A stretch of DNA of 33,828 nucleotides, from the NCBI GenBank assembly GCA_900088475.1, contig FLMG01000044.1, positions 1 to 33,828 on the forward strand, given 5' to 3'. The position numbers and the translations under genes were made by a program. Positions 33,140-33,828 of the stretch are shown here, piece after piece (the stretch's first letter is position 1; each line of letters begins with the position of its first letter). The notes beneath the pieces were generated by a model. That model was not told the origin of the DNA, ran no database searches, and saw nothing but the letters and a program-made list of their open reading frames with translations. The stretch comes from Hyphochytrium catenoides. Its lineage: Eukaryota; Protista; Hyphochytriomycota.

Positions 33140-33828
33140 GTGGTCAGACATGTCTTTTATTTCCTCTTTCTCTTCTCTTTTTTTTTCTTCTTGGGGCTGT
33201 CCACGGGCCCTTCGGGCCCTTTTTGCCTGTCCACGCATGAATCAGTAAGCCCTAGTGAACGCTAGGCCACTAGAAATGCCTGTGCGGGTGTAAGAAGAAT
33301 CTATTTTCACTTCTGGAACACTACATTTGTATATGATAGTTGCTACGGAAAAGAAACGTTTAGAAGGAGCGTCAGACTAGTGAGAACTTGGTCACCTGCC
33401 TGTTTCGATCCCATTGATGAGGTTCTTACTATAGGAGAAAGTAGATAGTATCAAGCAACATAATCTGATGAATTGGTTGACGCATTGACTTGCCACACCG
33501 GCGTATTTTATAGACTTCCAACCACGCTTGCTTCTTGATGAAAGATCTTTACTTACCATACATAATGATTCCTACTCTGGCTAGCCTGGTGCTTTAATTG
33601 TGGCGAATGGGAATTAATACTGCCCTAGATGATGGAAGCAGGCAGGAGAACCCATGTGCTCGATGATTCATCCTACACACTAATAACCCTTCCTGTATTA
33701 CTGTCAGCTACCCCCCACCAGTCCAACCACCACTTGGCTATGCCAATCTTGGAGAGCGAACTGAGTATTAGATTGCGACAGGTAAATGATATGAGAAGGG
33801 TCTAAGAAAGAAGGGAAGAACGTGAGGC

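Overview
Eukaryotic (protist-like, possibly stramenopile; this is an impression, not a classification) nuclear DNA using the standard genetic code, with short GT-AG spliceosomal introns, long (GA)n/(CT)n tracts and two assembly gaps. By hand-splicing I can support: an intronless multi-pass membrane protein (1485-2762, +); a 6-exon F-box/armadillo-repeat protein (4914-7340, -); importin alpha (9196-10887, -); a LETMD1-like protein (11949-13267, +); an unresolved multi-exon membrane protein (~13385-14951, -); CFAP20 (15831-16574, +); a 20-exon DNA polymerase theta of ~1969 aa (17665-25798, +); and a RanBP2-zinc-finger plus atypical RING locus split over two frames (27160-30131, +). The last 3.5 kb is a composite CAG/CAT minisatellite, a 24-bp inverted repeat and degraded coding remnants. 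The most interesting object is Pol theta. It has an F-box-like motif ahead of the polymerase core, a ~170-aa insert 2 resembling an SH3/Tudor-like barrel, altered helicase motifs, and a stop-free intron whose retention would give a helicase-only protein. Splice sites are also degenerate (frequent AAG acceptors, GTY donors, a possible recursive AG|GT site). No CRISPR, rRNA, tRNA or intact mobile element was recognised.
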